IMG/VR virus record: IMGVR_UViG_2778261424_000010
Location: 1 to 41,171 of that record
Origin: a virus
Lineage: Duplodnaviria; Heunggongvirae; Uroviricota; Caudoviricetes
DNA length: 41,171 nucleotides
Direction: 5' to 3' (one strand)
Numbering within the stretch: the first letter of the stretch is position 1; each line of letters starts with the position of its first letter. Under the pieces are notes generated by a model that did not search any database, had not been told where the DNA came from, and saw nothing but the letters and a program-made list of their open reading frames with translations. A program made the translations under genes and the position numbers. Below, piece by piece: positions 37,049 to 41,171 of the stretch.

Positions 37049-38248
37049 ATGGCTTTGAACCTCGACACGCTGGGGCTATCGGCAACGGTAACCGCCCAGG
37101 GGATTAGTGCGCCTGATTACCAGACAATCCTTGATACACTGACCAGCTATTTCAGGCAGATTTACGGTAGTGATGCCTACCTCGAACCAGACAGCAAAGA
37201 TGGGCAAATGGTCGCGCTGGTGGCTCTTGCGGTGCATGACGCTAACAATACCGCTATCGAGATCTACAACTCTTTTTCACCGACGACAGCGCAGGCCGCA
37301 GCGCTTAGCAACAATGTGAAAATTAACGGGATCACGCGAAAAGTAGCGACAAACTCTACTGCTGACCTTCTGTTAACCGGTACGGCAGGCACGACTATCA
37401 CGAATGGCTCCGCACGGGATAAAAACGGCATTATCTGGAATTTTCCAGCGAGTGTGGCGATCGGCGTTGATGGTACTGTGCTGGTGACGGCCACATGTGC
37501 GAATAGCGGTTCGGTTGCGGCGCTGGCCGGGACTATTACCACTATCAACACCCCGACCCGAGGTTGGGTGTCGGTAACCAATCCAGTTGCGGCTACTGTC
37601 GGTTCACCAGCCGAAACCGACGCAGAGCTGCGCATTCGGCAGGGGCAAAGCGTCGCGCTACCATCGATCACACCGTTTGAAGGTGTCGACGGTGCTATCG
37701 CTAATGTTGCTGGCGTGACACGTCACAAACTATATGAGAACGACACTGGGGCAACCGACAGCAACGGGCTGCCGCCACACTCTATTTCCGCCATCGTCGA
37801 TGGAGGGGATGTTACCGAGATAGCCCAGACCATCAGGGGGAATAAAGGGCAGGGAACCGCAACTTACGGTAAAACTTCTGTCACAGTGCCGGATACTTAT
37901 GGTAATCCTCACGTCATCAGTTTTTCGCGCTCTACCGATGTGCCAATTTTCGTAGCCATTACCCTGAAAGTTTTTACCGGCTATACCTCTCAAATCGGCG
38001 AGCAGATTAAACAGGCTGTTGCCGATTATATAAATGGCCTAACAATTGGCGACGACGTTCTGCTGAGCCGTATTTATTCCCCGGCAAACCTCGGCGTTGT
38101 GAGCGGCGGGAATGCCCGCTATTACGATATTACCGACCTGCTGATCGGTAAGTCGTCTGGCAGCGTATCGGCATCAAACATTGATATTGCCTATGATGCT
38201 TCAGCGTCCTGTAGCACCGCGAATATCAGTATCACGGTGACCTCATGA
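37049..38248 (+). CDS. Baseplate J-like protein
   Basis: 399-aa ORF; canonical order W-J-I. Confidence 0.55.
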   Translation: MALNLDTLGLSATVTAQGISAPDYQTILDTLTSYFRQIYGSDAYLEPDSKDGQMVALVALAVHDANNTAIEIYNSFSPTTAQAAALSNNVKINGITRKVATNSTADLLLTGTAGTTITNGSARDKNGIIWNFPASVAIGVDGTVLVTATCANSGSVAALAGTITTINTPTRGWVSVTNPVAATVGSPAETDAELRIRQGQSVALPSITPFEGVDGAIANVAGVTRHKLYENDTGATDSNGLPPHSISAIVDGGDVTEIAQTIRGNKGQGTATYGKTSVTVPDTYGNPHVISFSRSTDVPIFVAITLKVFTGYTSQIGEQIKQAVADYINGLTIGDDVLLSRIYSPANLGVVSGGNARYYDITDLLIGKSSGSVSASNIDIAYDASASCSTANISITVTS

Positions 38249-38925
38249 GCAAATACACCGAACTGATCACTAACTACCACGCTACCAAGCCACTCTTTTT
38301 TGACCATATAGATCTGAGCACCCGCCCGCTGATTGATGTGTCCAGCACTATGTCAGGGCTTATAACAGCCTTCGATATCGATACTGCTGTCGGTGTACAG
38401 CTCGACATCCTCGGTCTGTGGATCGGACGCAGTCGCATAGTCAGCCAGCCAATTGGCGGAGTTTATTTCAGCTGGGACACTGACGGGCTTGGGTATGACC
38501 AGGGCATCTGGCAAGGGCCATATGATCCTGATTCTGGCTATACGACGCTAAGCGATGAGACGTACCGCATCATTCTGAAAGCGAAAATCGCTATCAACAA
38601 CTGGGACGGTCGGAACGACTCTCTGCCTCCCATCCTTGACGCTGCTACCGCAGGCTCAGGCCTGAGGATGCAGATCGTCGACAACCAGGACATGACGATT
38701 TCGGTCTGGGTTTTCCCTGAAACTGATATTTCTGATGTGTCTCTCGAACTGATCGCCGCTATCAAACAGGGCTATCTCACCGTTAAATCAGCTGGCGTAT
38801 GGGCCGGTGATGTTGAAACGCCTTCGGTAGAAACACCGTCAGAAGGCTCTAAATTCTTTGGGTTTGATATGGATAACGAATACATCGGCGGGTTCGATGT
38901 TGGAGCATGGGGGACAATACTCTAA
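38245..38925 (+). CDS. Baseplate/tail protein gpI-like (DUF2612-like)
   Basis: 226-aa ORF between J-like and tail fibre. Confidence 0.45.
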   Translation: MSKYTELITNYHATKPLFFDHIDLSTRPLIDVSSTMSGLITAFDIDTAVGVQLDILGLWIGRSRIVSQPIGGVYFSWDTDGLGYDQGIWQGPYDPDSGYTTLSDETYRIILKAKIAINNWDGRNDSLPPILDAATAGSGLRMQIVDNQDMTISVWVFPETDISDVSLELIAAIKQGYLTVKSAGVWAGDVETPSVETPSEGSKFFGFDMDNEYIGGFDVGAWGTIL

Positions 38926-39824
38926 TGGCAATAAACAACTTTAAACCTTTCGCGCTTGATCCGAACGCTAACGTCACCTCACAAGCTGACTGGGAAGCAC
39001 TTCCGGCTCTGCTTTCAGGGTTTACGGCAGGTAAAGCATCCAGCGCACAGGTCAACAAAGCTATTCGGCAAGCCAGCTTTATCGCGGCAGCGTTGGCGCA
39101 GTACACCGCCAACAAAAGCGGGCTGGATGTGCTTGATGATGGAGACCTGAACGGGTTTATATCCAAAATGGGGACCGCTTTCGGGAAAGATTTCCAGGCG
39201 CTTGATGCCACGCTGTCGGCATTAGCTGGGCTCGCAACAGGTGCAAATAAACTCCCATATTTCACTGGAAATGATACAGCAGCGCAGACTGATTTAACTT
39301 CTGTTGGCCGTGACATTATTGGGAAAAATACTATTGCTGACATTCTCACATACCTTGGTTTGGGAGAAACGATAAATAAAGCCTCCGGAGCTATGCAGAA
39401 ATCGGCTAATGGAGCTGATATTTCTGATGTATCAGCCTTCCGAAATGCGCTCCAGTTAGGGACCGCAGCAACACGAGATGTTGGAGCAGATAATGCCTCG
39501 AAGTTACTGGATTTAGACAGCTTCAGGTCAATGATGTCAGGGAATGGCTACATCTACATTCCATGCATTGCGACGACAGGAAACCCGGTGAAACTTATGT
39601 TGCAGTGGGGAACGGTGGCAACACAAAAGGGAGCTGATGCTGGATATGCCTTACCATTTGCTTTTCCCTATGCAGGCTTATTTGCGACCGGAAACCGTGG
39701 AACATCTGGCTACAATGCCGCGATGAATGTGCGTATTGCCAGCAGAACGCATATCAGTATTCAGAACTGGTCGCCATCCGGAGAGGGCACCGAAGATTGT
39801 TGTTTTATCGCGCTGGGGTATTAA
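38925..39824 (+). CDS. Tail fibre protein (constant N-terminus, variable C-terminus)
   Basis: Start overlaps upstream stop (TAATG); C-terminal region homologous to inverted cassette at 40265-40537; followed by tfa-like gene. Confidence 0.65.
   Translation: MAINNFKPFALDPNANVTSQADWEALPALLSGFTAGKASSAQVNKAIRQASFIAAALAQYTANKSGLDVLDDGDLNGFISKMGTAFGKDFQALDATLSALAGLATGANKLPYFTGNDTAAQTDLTSVGRDIIGKNTIADILTYLGLGETINKASGAMQKSANGADISDVSAFRNALQLGTAATRDVGADNASKLLDLDSFRSMMSGNGYIYIPCIATTGNPVKLMLQWGTVATQKGADAGYALPFAFPYAGLFATGNRGTSGYNAAMNVRIASRTHISIQNWSPSGEGTEDCCFIALGY
39343..39368. promoter_or_regulatory. Candidate Hin/Gin/Pin-type crossover site 1 (inside tail fibre gene)
   Basis: TTCTCACATACC-TT-GGTTTGGGAGAA; 12-2-12 quasi-palindrome; centre TT at codon positions 2-3 of CTT. 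Confidence 0.45.
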
Positions 39825-39826
39825 GA

Positions 39827-40237
39827 ATGAATAAATTTTATAAAGGCTCTTTCTATCCGAAAGCACTAAAAGAGGTATATATCAGCGCCGGTTCATGGCC
39901 TGAAAATGGCGTTGATGTTGATGATGAAACAATGGCAATTTACACAGGCGTAGCGCCACAAGGCAAAACGCTGGGGGCTGATAAAAATGGTAATCCTGCG
40001 TGGATTGATATCCCGCCACTCTCCGCTGAACAACAGATTATTCAGGCTGAACAGAAAAGAACGGTATTGCGTTCTATGGCTGATAAGGAAATAGTCTGGA
40101 GACAGGATGCTTTTGATGCGGAAATCGCGACGGCAGAAGAAACCGCCGCGTTATCTGAATGGAAAAAATACCGGGTGCTGCTGATGCGCGTTGATACCTC
40201 AAAAGCCCCCGATATTCTGTGGCCTCCGCAACCGTAA
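39827..40237 (+). CDS. Tail fibre assembly protein (Tfa-like)
   Basis: 137-aa ORF immediately after fibre gene; AT-rich. Confidence 0.55.
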   Translation: MNKFYKGSFYPKALKEVYISAGSWPENGVDVDDETMAIYTGVAPQGKTLGADKNGNPAWIDIPPLSAEQQIIQAEQKRTVLRSMADKEIVWRQDAFDAEIATAEETAALSEWKKYRVLLMRVDTSKAPDILWPPQP

Positions 40238-40240
40238 CAA

Positions 40241-40264
40241 AAAGCCGCTGTTTGCGGCTTTCTC
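40241..40264. terminator. Bidirectional rho-independent terminator
   Basis: AAAAAGCCGC-TGTT-TGCGGCTTT with T-rich flanks on both strands. Confidence 0.5.
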
Positions 40265-40537
40265 TTATATCCCCAGCGCAAGATAGGTGTAGCTGTCAAT
40301 ATTGTTTGCCGTACCGTTTCCACCCCAGCCATAGAGACTAAACCCGGTCTGCGTGTAATTAACAGATGTTACATACCGATGGTCAGCTGTGATTTTATGC
40401 GGAAGAACGATAAATGGGGTGACATTAAACGGTTTTTTAAAGCTTACCGTAGCATTGGTCGCCTGAACCGAGCCGTGCCCCCATTGCAGCAGCAATCCTC
40501 CCGGTAATTCAAAGTACCCATCAGCCTCCAGTAACCG
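40265..40537 (-). CDS. Silent alternative tail-fibre C-terminal cassette (inverted orientation)
   Basis: Minus-strand ORF aligns with fibre C-terminus (GY…LQWG…PF…ALG end); no credible independent start upstream (stop 11 codons before). Confidence 0.5.
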   Translation of the reverse strand, partial: RLLEADGYFELPGGLLLQWGHGSVQATNATVSFKKPFNVTPFIVLPHKITADHRYVTSVNYTQTGFSLYGWGGNGTANNIDSYTYLALGI

Positions 40538-40563
40538 TTCTCCAAATCCAACCTTTTTTATAA
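40538..40563. promoter_or_regulatory. Candidate Hin/Gin/Pin-type crossover site 2 (inverted relative to site 1)
   Basis: TTCTCCAAATCC-AA-CCTTTTTTATAA; left half matches reverse complement of site 1 right half at 10 of 12 positions; centre at codon positions 2-3 of GTT on minus strand. Confidence 0.45.
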
Positions 40564-40622
40564 CCATCAAAAATCTGGTGATGCTTCGCCGTTTCTCCTG
40601 TTTTCATAACAGGAGAAATCCC

Positions 40623-41171
40623 ATGATTTACGGTTATGCCCGAGTATCAACAAACCACCAGGACACTGAATTGCAACTAACGGCGCTCAAGTCAGCGGGT
40701 TGTGAGAAAATTTTTGAAGAGCATGCCAGCGGGAGGAAATCGAATCGGCCGGTTCTAAAACGGCTGATCGCCACTATGCAGCCGGGGGATGAACTGGTGG
40801 TCTGGAAGCTGGACAGGATAGGCCGCAACGTTCTGCATGCGCTGTTGATGTTCCAGCAGTTACAGGAAAAGGGTATCAACTTCCGCAGTATTACCGATGG
40901 CGTGGATCTCAAAACAGCCAGCGGCCGCTATAACTTTCGTAACATCCTTTCCGCAGCACAATATGAATCTGATCTTAATAGCGAACGTACCTTAGCAGGG
41001 CTGGCCGTAGCCAGGGCAAAAGGGCGAGTTGGTGGTCGCAGGCCTAAGTTCACGGATGAGCAATGGCGGGAAATGGGGGAGCGGATGGCAACCGGTGAAT
41101 CACGACAAAGCGTATCAAAAACGTATGGAGTAGGGCTCTCAACTCTGTATAAAAAGTTTCCAGCTAGCTGA
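40623..41171 (+). CDS. Serine recombinase / DNA invertase (Hin/Gin/Cin/Pin family)
   Basis: MIYGYARVSTNHQ… N-terminus with catalytic Ser; C-terminal HTH; preceded by CTCCTGTT-TTCAT-AACAGGAG palindrome spanning the RBS. Confidence 0.85.
   Translation: MIYGYARVSTNHQDTELQLTALKSAGCEKIFEEHASGRKSNRPVLKRLIATMQPGDELVVWKLDRIGRNVLHALLMFQQLQEKGINFRSITDGVDLKTASGRYNFRNILSAAQYESDLNSERTLAGLAVARAKGRVGGRRPKFTDEQWREMGERMATGESRQSVSKTYGVGLSTLYKKFPAS

Larger units (their letters stand above)
1..41171. mobile_element. Prophage (lambdoid early/immunity/replication modules plus contractile-tail structural module); boundaries not inside window
   Basis: Continuous phage gene order from integrase to tail-fibre invertase; no obvious host housekeeping genes; att sites not identified within window. 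Confidence 0.85.

Noticed and set aside
40571-40622. Perfect palindrome CTCCTGTT-TTCAT-AACAGGAG as the crossover site
   Set aside because: It spans the invertase RBS and matches the 12-2-12 site consensus poorly; the better-fitting site is 40538-40563. It may instead be a regulatory hairpin or part of the invertase promoter.

Overview
The whole 41.2-kb window reads as one prophage with a lambdoid-style early region and a contractile-tail (myovirus-like) morphogenesis module, laid out much like the E. coli Rac/e14 cryptic prophages but apparently intact. Left to right: P4-type tyrosine integrase (+) and AlpA-like excisionase; a leftward early operon (YqaJ-like exonuclease, RecT, small ORFs); an immunity region with a LexA/CI-type repressor, Cro-like regulator and TTTAGC-N5-GCTAAA operator repeats on both sides; replication genes (O-like initiator with internal iterons, DnaB-type helicase); a nin-like region (NinB, NinE, YbcO-like, RusA); a putative Q-like antiterminator with a downstream terminator; a lysis cassette (holin, GH19 endolysin, Rz/Rz1); terminase, portal, MuF-like, scaffold and capsid genes; sheath, tube, a -1 frameshifted chaperone, a tape measure with a C-terminal transglycosylase domain, and baseplate genes; then a tail fibre, assembly protein, an inverted alternative fibre C-terminus and a Hin/Gin/Pin-family serine invertase. 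Everything here is read by eye from the sequence and ORF track; no database search or computation was run, and family names are from memory. The best candidates for an undescribed accessory or defence function are the cargo genes (morons) not explained by core phage functions: (1) an orphan 222-aa gene in the rex/sieB/N slot beside the repressor (4978-5646), with a tRNA 3'-end-like fragment in its leader; (2) a 189-aa three-TM protein between the late terminator and the holin, the slot where Stx phages carry toxin genes (15500-16069); (3) an AT-rich antisense two-gene cassette in the nin region (12324-12959); (4) a signal-peptide protein plus a DUF4236-like anchored protein inside the baseplate cluster (35077-35735); (5) a 70-aa two-HEAT-repeat antisense gene between the terminase subunits (19625-19837). 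A candidate invertible tail-fibre switch, with 26-bp crossover sites that would fuse the alternative C-terminus in frame, is also visible. I could not assign any cargo gene to a known defence family.
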